Source of the DNA: Bacteroidetes bacterium UBA3022
GTDB taxonomy: Bacteria; Bacteroidota; Bacteroidia; Chitinophagales; BACL12
Assembly: GCA_002346225.1 (NCBI GenBank)
Contig: DDYY01000056.1
Location: 11,132-75,131, forward strand
Length of the DNA: 64,000 bases
Direction of reading: 5' to 3'
The notes under the pieces are model-generated. The model was not told where the DNA came from and made no database searches. It was given only the letters and a program-made list of their open reading frames with translations. Position numbers and translations under genes: made by a program. This document shows positions 29,131 to 38,848 of this stretch, piece by piece; the stretch's first letter is position 1; the number at the start of each line of letters is the position of its first letter.

Positions 29131-30699
29131 ATGGAATCCAATATACCTATTACGCTTACCATAATACTCTCGCTTGCAGCTGTTGCATTGCATATCGGCT
29201 TGTGGAAACTTTTTGAAAAAGCGGGGCATGCAGGATGGAAAGCAATAGTACCCTTTCTCAATGTGTACATTGTCACCCGACTGATTGGCAAACCCATCTG
29301 GTGGTTCGCTTTGATATTCGTGCCGATAATCAACGCTGTCATGATTTTTCTGATGGCCGCAGAGCTGGTACGGGCATACGGTAAAGACAGTTTCTGGGCT
29401 GGTGTCGGTGGTATGCTGATACCCTGGATTTATTTTCCGATACTGGGATTCAACGAAAACGTAAAATACCTGGGCATACCTGCTGAGGTTTACAAAGACC
29501 AGAAAAAAAGTGCCGGCAGGGAATGGGCAGACGCCATTGCATTCGCCGTTATTGCTGCCACCTTTGTTCGAACTTTTGTTTTTGAAGCATATACCATCCC
29601 CACAACATCCATGGAAGGTGAATTGCTGGCGGGTGATTTTCTCTTTGTGAGCAAGGTGAACTATGGTCCGAGAATCCCCATCACACCTGTAGCCTTTCCG
29701 TTTGCGCACCATACGATGCCACTCATCAAAACCAAGGCCTACAGTGAAATTATCCAGTTGCCCTACATGCGCTTTCCGGGATTCCAGCAACTCAAGCGCA
29801 ATGACATGGTAGTTTTTAATTTCCCTGAGGGAGACACCATATTCAAGCCCATTGCCGATCAGGATTACTATGATATGAAACGCGCCAATCCAAAAGGGTT
29901 TGTTCCGCGTCCCGATCAGATTGGCACCAGGCCTATCGATAAGCGGGAGAACTACATCAAACGCTGCGTGGGAGTTCCCGGTGACTCCCTGGCGGTGGTG
30001 AATGGCATTCTGTATATCAATGGAGAAAAAGCATTTGCGGCTGAGCACCAGCAAAAATCCTATAGAATCATTTTCAAACCTAACATAACAGTTCCGGAAG
30101 AATACCTCGCTGACCAGGGAGTTAACCTGATGGATTATGATGGACAGGGATTGTATACCGACAACCAGGTGTATGTGCTGGTCAACATGGACAAGGAAAC
30201 AGCCGAACGCTTTAGCAATAACCCTTCAGTGGATAAAGTAGAACCTATTTACAAAGGAAAAATTCCGGGACCGGACAATCGCGATTATATCCCGGCGCGC
30301 TACTATCCCAATAATCCGGATGTACAACTTAACAGTATTGATGAATTCGGACCCATCTGGATTCCCAAGAAAGGAGTAACCATTGACATCACTGCTGAAA
30401 ATTATCCTTTCTTCCAGCGCATTATTGAGTTCTATGAAGACAATGATATTACCTACGACAGTAAAGGCTATCCTTACCTTTCCGGCAAACCACTAACCAG
30501 CTATACATTTAAAATGAATTACTACTGGCTCATGGGAGATAACCGGCACCGCTCTCTGGACTCACGGTTTTGGGGTTTTGTTCCTGAAGACCATGTTGTT
30601 GGAAAGGCCAGTATGGTGTGGTGGAGCTGGGATAGCAAGGTGGGTTTATTACAGCGATTTGGTACCATCCGCTGGGATCGATTTATGAAAATTCTATAA
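29131..30699 (+). CDS. lepB: Signal peptidase I with an extra N-terminal multi-TM domain
   Basis: S26 motifs [20 protein letters not shown] (Ser), KRCVGVPGD (Lys box) and [25 protein letters not shown]. About 110 N-terminal residues form additional TM helices, like the small-membrane-protein domain often fused to Bacteroidota LepB. Confidence 0.9.
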   Translation: MESNIPITLTIILSLAAVALHIGLWKLFEKAGHAGWKAIVPFLNVYIVTRLIGKPIWWFALIFVPIINAVMIFLMAAELVRAYGKDSFWAGVGGMLIPWIYFPILGFNENVKYLGIPAEVYKDQKKSAGREWADAIAFAVIAATFVRTFVFEAYTIPTTSMEGELLAGDFLFVSKVNYGPRIPITPVAFPFAHHTMPLIKTKAYSEIIQLPYMRFPGFQQLKRNDMVVFNFPEGDTIFKPIADQDYYDMKRANPKGFVPRPDQIGTRPIDKRENYIKRCVGVPGDSLAVVNGILYINGEKAFAAEHQQKSYRIIFKPNITVPEEYLADQGVNLMDYDGQGLYTDNQVYVLVNMDKETAERFSNNPSVDKVEPIYKGKIPGPDNRDYIPARYYPNNPDVQLNSIDEFGPIWIPKKGVTIDITAENYPFFQRIIEFYEDNDITYDSKGYPYLSGKPLTSYTFKMNYYWLMGDNRHRSLDSRFWGFVPEDHVVGKASMVWWSWDSKVGLLQRFGTIRWDRFMKIL

Positions 30700-30708
30700 T
30701 TCATTTTT

Positions 30709-31041
30709 ATGAAAGTGTTCCTGACAGCATGCTGCTCTCTCCTGCTCCTTGTTGCCTGTGGCGGAGAGAAAAATGCAACTACCGTATCTTTTAAAGTGTA
30801 TGGCAACTGTGGTATGTGTGAAAAAACCATTGAAGGAAGTCTGGAAAAAGAAGGCATCTACTTCGCCGACTGGGATAAGGAGACTAAAATGATAGAAATC
30901 AGGTATGATTCGGTACAACTCGCACAGGAAGACTTGCATCAGATCATTGCCGCGTCAGGCTATGACACTGAGTTGGCCAGGTCCAGCGATGAAGCTTACA
31001 GCGATTTGCATGAATGCTGCCAGTACGAGCGTCCTATGTAA
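30709..31041 (+). CDS. Heavy-metal-associated (HMA) domain lipoprotein
   Basis: Lipobox LLLVACG. Metal-binding motif GNCGMCEKTIE. C-terminal CC pair (HECCQYE). Confidence 0.7.
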   Translation: MKVFLTACCSLLLLVACGGEKNATTVSFKVYGNCGMCEKTIEGSLEKEGIYFADWDKETKMIEIRYDSVQLAQEDLHQIIAASGYDTELARSSDEAYSDLHECCQYERPM

Positions 31042-31046
31042 GTCTT

Positions 31047-31382
31047 TTACTTTTCTCCTGCCAGAATCAGCAGCATCGCATTGACGGAAGTATTGATTTC
31101 CGGGCACTGCTCATTAATAGCTACGGCAAGGTCCAGTATGAAAGTTGTATCGGCGCGCAGATCAGGATAATGCGTGGCACCTTCTTGCAGACATTCCCTT
31201 AGCACCTGTTCTACTTCTCCTCCTTTATTCAACAAAGAAGGATTGGACTGCAGCTGCTGTTTCCATTCAATGACCGGCTGACCGCAATCACAAAGCAGTT
31301 GGGTATAGTAATCAAGCTGTTGCTGTTGCCCGGAGCAACCCGCACATGCGACTATCATTACCCATAACCACTTTTTCACCAC
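31047..31382 (-). CDS. Hypothetical Cys-rich lipoprotein
   Basis: Lipobox VACAGC. Additional Cys motifs LCDCG, RECL, EQCP. No recognisable family. Confidence 0.4.
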   Translation of the reverse strand: MVKKWLWVMIVACAGCSGQQQQLDYYTQLLCDCGQPVIEWKQQLQSNPSLLNKGGEVEQVLRECLQEGATHYPDLRADTTFILDLAVAINEQCPEINTSVNAMLLILAGEK

Positions 31383-31481
31383 CTAAAGATAGCGCATAGG
31401 GTTCAGGATATAAACGCTTTTGAGCCGCTTATTCCTTTAAAATAGTCATAGATTTACCCCCATAATTTAGGCACCCTATTA

Positions 31482-31952
31482 ATGAAACTGCGCTTACTTG
31501 CAATAGGTAAAACTTCGGGCAAACACTACCCCGCCCTGATGGATGACTATATCGCGCGCATTTCCCGCTACAATGCATTTGAATACCGCGAAATGCAGGT
31601 AGCAACAGGAACAAAAACACCGGAAGCGGTGCAGATGGAAAAAGAAGGACAAGCAATATTGAAACATATGGCCCCTCAGGAGCGAATGGTATTACTGGAT
31701 GCCGGCGGTGCTTCGCTGGACTCCGTATCATTTTCGAATTATGTGGAGACCTTGCGGGAAACGGGAACAAGGCAAGTCTGCTTCGTCATCGGTGGCCCGT
31801 ATGGGTTTTCGCCTGCAGTGCGCGCTGCAGCGGCAGAAAGTATCAGCCTGAGTCCTATGACCTTTACACATCAGATGGTTCGGCTTATTTTCCTCGAACA
31901 ATTGTATCGAGCCTTCACGATTATCAATAACGAACCTTACCACCACAGCTAA
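31482..31952 (+). CDS. rlmH: 23S rRNA (pseudouridine1915-N3)-methyltransferase
   Basis: 156 aa. MKLRLLAIGKT...LDAGG...FVIGGPYGFS...LSPMTFTHQMVRLIFLEQLYRA is the SPOUT RlmH signature. Confidence 0.9.
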   Translation: MKLRLLAIGKTSGKHYPALMDDYIARISRYNAFEYREMQVATGTKTPEAVQMEKEGQAILKHMAPQERMVLLDAGGASLDSVSFSNYVETLRETGTRQVCFVIGGPYGFSPAVRAAAAESISLSPMTFTHQMVRLIFLEQLYRAFTIINNEPYHHS

Positions 31953-32575
31953 TGTCTATCACGCTCCTAATTATGATACTAACCGCCGTGACTTCCATCA
32001 TGGCTTTCAATAACCCGGCAATGAAAGGACAGGCATTATTCTATCCTTATGCCATCCAAGCGAGAAATGAATGGTATCGTTTCCTCACCTCCGGTTTCAT
32101 TCATGCAGACTGGTTGCACCTGATTGTAAATATGTATGTATTATATATATTTGGAGAATTACTCGAGGACTATTTTCTACCTGCTTATTTTGTCGAAAAA
32201 GGACGTCTGGTTTATTTACTGCTTTACATAGGCGGAATGGTGGCGGCCGATCTTCCCTCTTATTTTAAACACCGCAACAATGCGATGTTCCGATCGCTGG
32301 GAGCATCCGGCGCTGTATCAGCGATTGTATTTGCCAGTATAGTTATCAATCCGTGGCAAGGCGGTATTGGACTCCTCTTCCTGCCCATTACGCTGCCTCC
32401 CATTATTTTTGGAGTATTGTATCTCATCTATACGGTCTATATGTCGCAGCGACAATCAGATAACATTAACCATGATGCCCACCTTTTTGGTGCGGTATTC
32501 GGTTTGGTAATACCGTGTTTACTGGATTTCCGCATTTTTCAATCGTTTATCGATCAGCTAAGTTCAAGATTATGA
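31952..32575 (+). CDS. Rhomboid-family intramembrane serine protease
   Basis: Six TM segments. [13 protein letters not shown], the catalytic GASGAVSA, and a downstream His (HDAHLFG). Confidence 0.85.
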   Translation: MSITLLIMILTAVTSIMAFNNPAMKGQALFYPYAIQARNEWYRFLTSGFIHADWLHLIVNMYVLYIFGELLEDYFLPAYFVEKGRLVYLLLYIGGMVAADLPSYFKHRNNAMFRSLGASGAVSAIVFASIVINPWQGGIGLLFLPITLPPIIFGVLYLIYTVYMSQRQSDNINHDAHLFGAVFGLVIPCLLDFRIFQSFIDQLSSRL

Positions 32576-33603
32576 GAGTAGACATAAGAAGTGACACCTT
32601 TACGCAACCTTCAGCCGGAATGCGAAAAGCCATGCAGGAAGCTGTAGTGGGAGATGATGTATTTCAGGAAGACCCTACGATAAATCAACTGGAGGCAGAT
32701 GTAGCCCAACTGATGGGAACGGAGGCAGCCTTATTTTGCCCTACAGCCACAATGTGCAATCAAATCGCCATCAAGGTGCATACCCAGCCCATGGATGAAA
32801 TCATTTGCGACAGGCTGGCTCATATCTACAACTACGAAGTAGGCGGATATGCCTATCTGAGCGGATGCAGTATACGATACATCACCACCGAGCGAGGTCT
32901 GCTGCAGGCGGATGATATTCTGGCCAATATCAATCCAACGGATATTCATAAGCCGGCTACCACCTTGGTTTGTCTGGAAAATACCTGCAACAAGGGAGGC
33001 GGCAGTGTCTATCCGCCAGACGTTTTGGAAGCAACGGCACATGCAGCCCGCAGCAATGGCCTCAAACTGCATATGGACGGCTCCCGGTTGTTCAATGCAT
33101 CCATCGCCGGCAATTTACCCATGTCTTTTTTCGGACAGCTGATGGATACAACAACCCTTTGTCTTTCCAAAGGATTAGGTTGTCCTGCGGGAGCGCTGCT
33201 TGCAGGAAGTAAAGCAACCATCGTAAAGGCCCGAAAAATCAGGAAAGTGCTGGGTGGAGGTATGCGGCAGGCAGGTGTGCTGGCGGCAGCCGGAATTTAC
33301 GCACTGGAACACCAGCTGGACGACCTGAGAACAGATCATTTACATGCCGCGCAAATTGCCGAAGTACTTTCCCAATGCAACTATTGTGTGCATATCAAGC
33401 CGGTAGATTCAAATATAATTATTTTCCATCTGAGGGAGGATATAGCTTCTCCTGCCTTTGCCCAACAACTGGAAGCCTCCGGAATCCTGGCTTTTGCACT
33501 CGATGCAGGACAGGTGAGATTCGTGCTTCACCGCGATATATCTGCCGAAATGGTAAATTATGTTTGTCAACAGTTATCGGCACTACAAGCCAATTATGGA
33601 TGA
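32572..33603 (+). CDS. ltaE: Low-specificity L-threonine aldolase
   Basis: [30 protein letters not shown] and [10 protein letters not shown] (PLP Lys) motifs. The ATG at 32572 gives an ATGA overlap with the rhomboid gene. Confidence 0.85.
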   Translation: MRVDIRSDTFTQPSAGMRKAMQEAVVGDDVFQEDPTINQLEADVAQLMGTEAALFCPTATMCNQIAIKVHTQPMDEIICDRLAHIYNYEVGGYAYLSGCSIRYITTERGLLQADDILANINPTDIHKPATTLVCLENTCNKGGGSVYPPDVLEATAHAARSNGLKLHMDGSRLFNASIAGNLPMSFFGQLMDTTTLCLSKGLGCPAGALLAGSKATIVKARKIRKVLGGGMRQAGVLAAAGIYALEHQLDDLRTDHLHAAQIAEVLSQCNYCVHIKPVDSNIIIFHLREDIASPAFAQQLEASGILAFALDAGQVRFVLHRDISAEMVNYVCQQLSALQANYG

Positions 33604-33677
33604 TTGGCGTATAAAACGGTGATATTTATCACTCTTTACCTTACCCTTAAGTCAATAACGAGCCATTTTCCGGCTCC

Positions 33678-33685
33678 TACTTTTG
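33678..33685 (+). promoter_or_regulatory. Bacteroidota -7 box (TAnnTTTG)
   Basis: tacttttg lies 21 nt upstream of the ATG at 33707. Confidence 0.4.
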
Positions 33686-33706
33686 CACTTATTAAAAGCG
33701 TTATAA

Positions 33707-34285
33707 ATGTCAAAGCGAAATAACATTTTATTCTTAGCTCTCTTTCTGCTACCGTTTTGTCTGAGCGCCCAAACAGCCAGCTATAAAGTTTCGGGTAGTT
33801 CCAAGATGAAAATCACAGGAAGCTCCAATGTACATGAATGGGAAGAAAATGTTAACAAAACAACCGGAAACGCCAGCATGGATGCATCTGAAAATTTTCA
33901 GATTGACCAACTGGTATTCAAGGCTGAAGTAACCTCCATCAAGAGCACCAAAGGCTCTATCATGGATAACAAGACATATGAGGCTCTTAAGTCTGATAAG
34001 CATCCCTACATCATATTCGAACTCGACAAGGTTTTGAAAGCATCACCTGTTTCAGGAGGCTACTGGCTGAACACACAAGGCTATCTGACAATTGCAGGAA
34101 CCAAAAAACTGGTAAAGTTGGATGTTAAAGCCATTCTTAACAGTGATGGAAGCATTGCATTCGAAGGAACCAAAGTATTCAATATGTCTGAGTTCGGTAT
34201 CGATCCCCCCACTGCTATGATGGGCAGTATGAAGGTGGGTGATGAAGTGAAAATTCAATTTAAAATCTATTACAATAAGTATTAA
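33707..34285 (+). CDS. YceI-family (lipid/polyisoprenoid-binding lipocalin-like) secreted protein
   Basis: Signal peptide. YKVSGSSKMKITGSSNVHEW...DKHPYIIFEL...LTIAGTKKLVKLDV...FGIDPP...VGDEVKIQFKI has the YceI-like domain layout. Confidence 0.75.
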   Translation: MSKRNNILFLALFLLPFCLSAQTASYKVSGSSKMKITGSSNVHEWEENVNKTTGNASMDASENFQIDQLVFKAEVTSIKSTKGSIMDNKTYEALKSDKHPYIIFELDKVLKASPVSGGYWLNTQGYLTIAGTKKLVKLDVKAILNSDGSIAFEGTKVFNMSEFGIDPPTAMMGSMKVGDEVKIQFKIYYNKY

Positions 34286-34315
34286 TCAACCAATTATTCA
34301 TTTAAAACAACAGTT

Positions 34316-35722
34316 ATGAGAGACCTAACCAAATATGCAAAAGCCATGCTCATGTCAGCAATGATTCTGGCAACAACAGCTGTTATGGCACAGCAACCCG
34401 GCATATCCCACTTCAGAGGCTACGACAAGAGCGCAGTCAACCAGTTTGAAACATCTAAAGACGACATTCAGCCATTCAATGGGCTAAAAGTTCGCGTAGG
34501 TGGAAGCTTTACCCAGACTTTCCAGGCTTTAAATCATGAAAACGTTTTGGACACTGTTGCCGCACAATTTATTGATAATAACGGCGACGGTACGGATGAC
34601 CGTGAATTATATCCATTAGCTCCTGGTTTCAACCTGGCAGAAGCCAATTTAAACCTTGATGTTCAACTGGCAAAAGGTATCCGTTTATCACTGGAAACCT
34701 ATTTGTCCACTCGTCACCACTCAGAAGCATGGGTGAAAGGCGGTTACATCCAGGTAGATAATCTTCCTTTCGGAGATGAAAACAGTTTCTTCAATCAGCA
34801 TATGTTCGTTAAAGTAGGACACATGGAAATCAACTATGGTGATGGCCATTTCCGTCGCTCCGATGCTGGTAATACTTTCCAGAATCCATTTATGGAAGGT
34901 TACATTATGGATGCTTTCACCACTGAAATCGGCGGTGAAGTCTATTACACCAATAATGGTTTACTCGTTATGTTGGGTGCCACCGGTGGTGAGATCAAAG
35001 GCAACGTATTCAGGGAATCAGCTCTGGACCCTGCATCTAACCTCGATCCTACTCAACTCGATACCAATAGAAGAGCACCTTCTATCCTGGCAAAACTGGG
35101 TTACGACAAACAACTGAACAGCGATTTAAGAGTTCGCATCACCGGTTCATTGTATACTACCTCCAGCTCCAACAGGAATACACTTTATGGTGGCGACCGC
35201 TCCGGTTCTGACTACCATCTGGTAATGGAAAACACAGCTGCCAGCTCTGGTTCCAATTTTACCTCAGGCCGCTATAACCCAGGCTTTACCGATCAGGTTA
35301 CTTCTATCATGATTAACCCATTCGTGAAATTCCAGGGATTAGAATTATTCGTCACCTATGAAATGGCCAGTGGTCGTTCATTATTCGAACCTGCTCCTAC
35401 TGAAGGTGCTGAAGATATCGACGAAACAAGGGCTGCTACCCAAATTGCTGCCGACCTGATTTACCGTTTCGGTTCCAATGAAAACTTCTACGTAGGTGGT
35501 CGTTACAATACATTGACTGCACAATACCGCGATGTTGATGACTTGATTCTGTCTGATGGAACTATTAACAGGATTGCAGCTGTATTTGGCTGGTTTGTTA
35601 CCGACAATATCCTTGCAAAAGTGGAATACGTTCAACAAAGCTATGATGGATTCCCTGCAACCTCTATCTTCAATGAAGGCCAGTTCAGTGGTATTATGCT
35701 GAGCGGTGCCGTTGGTTTCTAA
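34316..35722 (+). CDS. Putative outer-membrane beta-barrel / porin-like protein
   Basis: Signal peptide (AVMAQQ). Alternating hydrophobic pattern throughout. C-terminal LSGAVGF ends in Phe. A strong terminator follows. Confidence 0.5.
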   Translation: MRDLTKYAKAMLMSAMILATTAVMAQQPGISHFRGYDKSAVNQFETSKDDIQPFNGLKVRVGGSFTQTFQALNHENVLDTVAAQFIDNNGDGTDDRELYPLAPGFNLAEANLNLDVQLAKGIRLSLETYLSTRHHSEAWVKGGYIQVDNLPFGDENSFFNQHMFVKVGHMEINYGDGHFRRSDAGNTFQNPFMEGYIMDAFTTEIGGEVYYTNNGLLVMLGATGGEIKGNVFRESALDPASNLDPTQLDTNRRAPSILAKLGYDKQLNSDLRVRITGSLYTTSSSNRNTLYGGDRSGSDYHLVMENTAASSGSNFTSGRYNPGFTDQVTSIMINPFVKFQGLELFVTYEMASGRSLFEPAPTEGAEDIDETRAATQIAADLIYRFGSNENFYVGGRYNTLTAQYRDVDDLILSDGTINRIAAVFGWFVTDNILAKVEYVQQSYDGFPATSIFNEGQFSGIMLSGAVGF

Positions 35723-35742
35723 TATTTGTTTGTTATAATTGA

Positions 35743-35770
35743 CCTCCCGGTATACGCCGGGAGGTTTTTT
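35743..35770 (+). terminator. Rho-independent terminator
   Basis: Stem cctcccgg (35743-35750) / ccgggagg (35757-35764), loop tatacg, T6 tract at 35765-35770. Confidence 0.8.
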
Positions 35771-35773
35771 ATT

Positions 35774-36370
35774 ATGAAAAAAGCTCCCTTCCTATTCCTG
35801 CTGATCCTGCTGCATAGTATGACCATCCATGCTCAGCATCAGCAACGGTACACCTGCAGACTCATTCAGGCTAAGGAGCTGGCACTTTTCGGCACATCGA
35901 ATACGGTCGATTTTACCTGCGGGTACAAAGCACCCTACTCCAAAAAACAAATTGCCTTTGTTCAGGTCAACCAGCGGAATCTGGAACAGTTTCCTGAAAT
36001 TCAACTTCGTGTTCGTCAACTGGACTGTGGCAGCTCAGGTATCAACTACGACATGCAAAAAACGCTGCAGGCAAGTAAATACCCTTCCATACTCCTGCAG
36101 CCTGTGCGCGCTTTCAGCGACTTTTCCCTTTCCTCCCAACAGCAAGGCGAGATTCAAATCTGGATTACCATTGCCGGTAAAAAACAACTTGAAAAAGTCT
36201 CCGTAGAATTGACCCCGCTTGGTAATGACCGCTTCCGTATACAAGGCCGCCACTGGCTCTCCTTTACCAGATATGGCATGGATCCTCCTAAAGCACTCTT
36301 CGGATTGGTGCGCGTCGATGATAAACTACTGCTCAAATTTGACCTCGAAATCGAGCTTATTCCTTCCTGA
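35774..36370 (+). CDS. Divergent YceI-like secreted protein
   Basis: Signal peptide MKKAPFLFLLILLHSMTIHAQ. Colinear with the 33707 product: LFGTSNTVDF / ITGSSNVHEW, KYPSILLQP / KHPYIIFEL, ITIAGKKQLEKVSVEL / LTIAGTKKLVKLDVKA, YGMDPP...VDDKLLLKFDL / FGIDPP...VGDEVKIQFKI. Confidence 0.55.
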   Translation: MKKAPFLFLLILLHSMTIHAQHQQRYTCRLIQAKELALFGTSNTVDFTCGYKAPYSKKQIAFVQVNQRNLEQFPEIQLRVRQLDCGSSGINYDMQKTLQASKYPSILLQPVRAFSDFSLSSQQQGEIQIWITIAGKKQLEKVSVELTPLGNDRFRIQGRHWLSFTRYGMDPPKALFGLVRVDDKLLLKFDLEIELIPS

Positions 36371-36429
36371 CCAATCAATATATTACCTGAAGGTAGCATA
36401 AGCCGCTTTGTGGATTGTGGTTCGGGTGG

Positions 36430-36437
36430 TACATTTG
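36430..36437 (+). promoter_or_regulatory. Bacteroidota -7 box (TAnnTTTG) for the VTC operon
   Basis: tacatttg lies 12 nt upstream of the ATG at 36450. The GTG at 36408 is upstream of this box and therefore an unlikely start. Confidence 0.45.
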
Positions 36438-36449
36438 CTTGTTAATTTA

Positions 36450-36851
36450 ATGTTAATGCGAAAAGGTTTAATCCCAATTATTATTGGCATGTTGGCGCTT
36501 ATAGGCGGCTGCGAGTTAGGGCCCGGAGAAGGCGGTCGGTCTGCCATAACCGGTAAAGTCTTTATGGAAGAGTACAACAGCGCCGGCTCACTGATAAAAG
36601 ACTATTATATCGCCGATGAACGCGTGTACATAATTTACGACGATGGAGATACCTATCATGATGAATTCCGAACCAGCTTCGATGGGAGCTATCGTTTTGA
36701 ATTCCTGAGAAAAGGCAACTACAGAATTTTCGCCTATTCCGAATGTCTGGGTTGCCCAGGCTCAACAGAGCCATCCATCATAGAGATTTCTATTGATAAG
36801 AACGGAGAAGAAATTGTAGCGGAGGATATTGTAATTAAAAAATGGAACTAA
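36450..36851 (+). CDS. Lipoprotein with a carboxypeptidase-regulatory/transthyretin-like beta-sandwich signature
   Basis: Lipobox LALIGGC. ITGKVF...DGSYRFEFLRKGNYRIFAY pattern. It overlaps the next gene by 10 nt. Confidence 0.5.
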   Translation: MLMRKGLIPIIIGMLALIGGCELGPGEGGRSAITGKVFMEEYNSAGSLIKDYYIADERVYIIYDDGDTYHDEFRTSFDGSYRFEFLRKGNYRIFAYSECLGCPGSTEPSIIEISIDKNGEEIVAEDIVIKKWN

Positions 36852-37606
36852 ACCTCTCCGCTCTGCAAATGCTCCAGCCCATATCTCTGGAAGAAATGGA
36901 TGCCGTTGCATTGCTCAATAGAAAAGATACCAAGTTTGTATTCCCGCTCGCACGGCTTTCAGCAGTGCTGGAACAGCTATCTGACAGCTACCGCGTTCTG
37001 ACCATCAACAACAAACGCTGGACAGAATACGATAATTTATACTTCGATACACCCGAGCGATACTGCTACTACCAGCACCATAACCGCAGACTGAACCGCT
37101 TCAAGTTCCGCATCCGGGAATATGTGGGCAGCGACCTCGCCTTCTTTGAAATCAAATTCAAAAGCAACCGGGAAAGAACTATTAAGTCGCGCATGAAAAT
37201 CCCCTCCTCCGTCAGAGAGCTTACCGGAGAAATTGCAGCGTTTATTCGCGAGAAAAGTCCCTTCAATCCGGAAGAGATGGAACCATCCATTTCCATAGGG
37301 TTCACCAGAATTACACTCGTGAGTCACGACCTGACTGAACGCGCAACATTGGACATAGGCTTGGAAGCAAGTGGTAATAACAAAATGGTGCAGTTCAATA
37401 ATATTGTCATAGCTGAATTGAAACAGGATGGCATTATCTCTGGCTCGCAATTCAAGGTCGCATTACGCATGAATAACAGCATTGAACAAAGGATCAGTAA
37501 ATACTGTATCTGCCTATCCAGAACAGAGCCTGAACTCAAGTCCAATCTCTTCAAACCTAAACATCTGAATATTAATAAACTTAAAAAATTCGTAGCAAAT
37601 GAATGA
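36842..37606 (+). CDS. VTC-domain protein (CYTH-like triphosphate tunnel; polyphosphate-polymerase-domain protein)
   Basis: RKDTKFVF, DNLYFDTPE, FKFRIREY, FFEIKFK and VIAELKQD correspond to the conserved tunnel strands of the VTC/Vtc4 catalytic domain. There is no TM segment. Confidence 0.8.
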   Translation: MELNLSALQMLQPISLEEMDAVALLNRKDTKFVFPLARLSAVLEQLSDSYRVLTINNKRWTEYDNLYFDTPERYCYYQHHNRRLNRFKFRIREYVGSDLAFFEIKFKSNRERTIKSRMKIPSSVRELTGEIAAFIREKSPFNPEEMEPSISIGFTRITLVSHDLTERATLDIGLEASGNNKMVQFNNIVIAELKQDGIISGSQFKVALRMNNSIEQRISKYCICLSRTEPELKSNLFKPKHLNINKLKKFVANE

Positions 37607-38216
37607 AGAAAATGACTTCCGGATCATGGAAATAAAGCTCTTTGACAACGATTTCTATGACTACATACTGCGATACGCTTTTAACGTGTTGATGGCATTT
37701 ATTCTGCTGAAATTCATTTACAGGAGCGACAAGAAAAACAGGAATTACGCCTTTACTTTCTACGTCTTCAACACCCTGATTTTCTTTCTTTGCTATTTGA
37801 TGAATAATGTGAAACTCGACCTCGGCTTTGCATTTGGTTTGTTTGCCGTATTCAGTATTCTACGGTACCGAACCAGTGCCATACCTATGAAAGAAATGAC
37901 CTATTTGTTTCTGGTAATTGGTATTGCCGTCATCAATGCTTTAACAACTAAGAAAGTCAGTTTTGTTGAGCTGCTTTTCACCAATGCAGCCATCCTAACC
38001 GTAACCTATATACTAGAACGCCTCTGGTACAAAGAAGGGTTAACCGAGCGCATCGTAGAGTACGAAAAAATTGAAAATATCAAACCTGAAAACAGCGAAC
38101 TCATGCTGGCAGACCTTCGGTCCAGAACAGGTCTGGATATCAGGGAATTTGAAATCCTGCAGGTAGATTTTGTCAGGGACCTGGCAAGAGTCAGAATATA
38201 CTACAAGTACCAGTAA
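37599..38216 (+). CDS. DUF4956-type integral membrane protein
   Basis: Four to five hydrophobic helices (VLMAFILLKFIY, FYVFNTLIFFLCYLM, FAFGLFAVFSILRYRT, YLFLVIGIAVINAL, LLFTNAAILTVTYIL) and a soluble C-terminal part of about 60 aa. ATGAATGA overlap with the VTC gene. Confidence 0.7.
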   Translation: MNEENDFRIMEIKLFDNDFYDYILRYAFNVLMAFILLKFIYRSDKKNRNYAFTFYVFNTLIFFLCYLMNNVKLDLGFAFGLFAVFSILRYRTSAIPMKEMTYLFLVIGIAVINALTTKKVSFVELLFTNAAILTVTYILERLWYKEGLTERIVEYEKIENIKPENSELMLADLRSRTGLDIREFEILQVDFVRDLARVRIYYKYQ

Positions 38217-38848
38217 TGCGCCTGAAACTGCATATTGCGTTGCTGCTTTCTATGGGAAGTCTGGCTGCTGCCGCACAACAGCAGCGCTATAGTGCATGGC
38301 TGGAAGCGAAAACAGAAATAGAGCTTTTTAAGGATGTAGATTTGACCATAACGCAAATGTTTCGCTCCGACCTGCTGCCCTACTCCTTTGGGCAGGTGAA
38401 CACAGAACTCTCCGCATCATATAAGTTGAATAAGCATTGGCGTGTAGGTGCCGAATATCGCTATATACAGACAGATAACCAACAGCGCAACAGGTATGCG
38501 ATTTCTGCCAAATACAGAGACGGAATAAACGATTTCGAGTTAGCCATCCGCAGTCAATACCAGATGGAAACCAGCTCTACTGCACTGCCGGAATACGTAT
38601 TCCGCAATAAAGGGTCTTTGGGCTACGAATTAACAAAAGACCTGATGCCTTATATGGCGTTTGAACTTTTCTACCGGCAGTACTTTAGGGAAAATATCTT
38701 CGATGAATACAGACTTGCAGGAGGACTCGAATGGGAACTAAACAAGCATAATGATGTTGATATATTCTACATCTATAGTCGTGAATTCAATGTCAGCAAT
38801 CCGGACTTTCGCCACATATTTGGATTATCGTATAAGTACAATTGGTAA
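38216..38848 (+). CDS. DUF2490-like outer-membrane beta-barrel protein
   Basis: Signal peptide MRLKLHIALLLSMGSLAAAAQQ. Amphipathic beta-strand pattern. C-terminal LSYKYNW is aromatic. TAATG junction with the preceding gene. Confidence 0.6.
   Translation: MRLKLHIALLLSMGSLAAAAQQQRYSAWLEAKTEIELFKDVDLTITQMFRSDLLPYSFGQVNTELSASYKLNKHWRVGAEYRYIQTDNQQRNRYAISAKYRDGINDFELAIRSQYQMETSSTALPEYVFRNKGSLGYELTKDLMPYMAFELFYRQYFRENIFDEYRLAGGLEWELNKHNDVDIFYIYSREFNVSNPDFRHIFGLSYKYNW

Noticed and set aside
29101-30054. 317-aa minus-strand ORF
   Set aside because: It lies entirely antisense to lepB, whose product has unmistakable S26 motifs. The antisense translation is low-complexity, has no recognisable motif, and has no promoter box or plausible start context. 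I treat it as a shadow ORF.
31175-31188. Sigma-54-like promoter TGGCAC-N4-TTGC
   Set aside because: The GG-to-GC spacing is 9 nt rather than the strictly required 10. The site is also inside a minus-strand CDS, about 300 nt from the next + strand gene.
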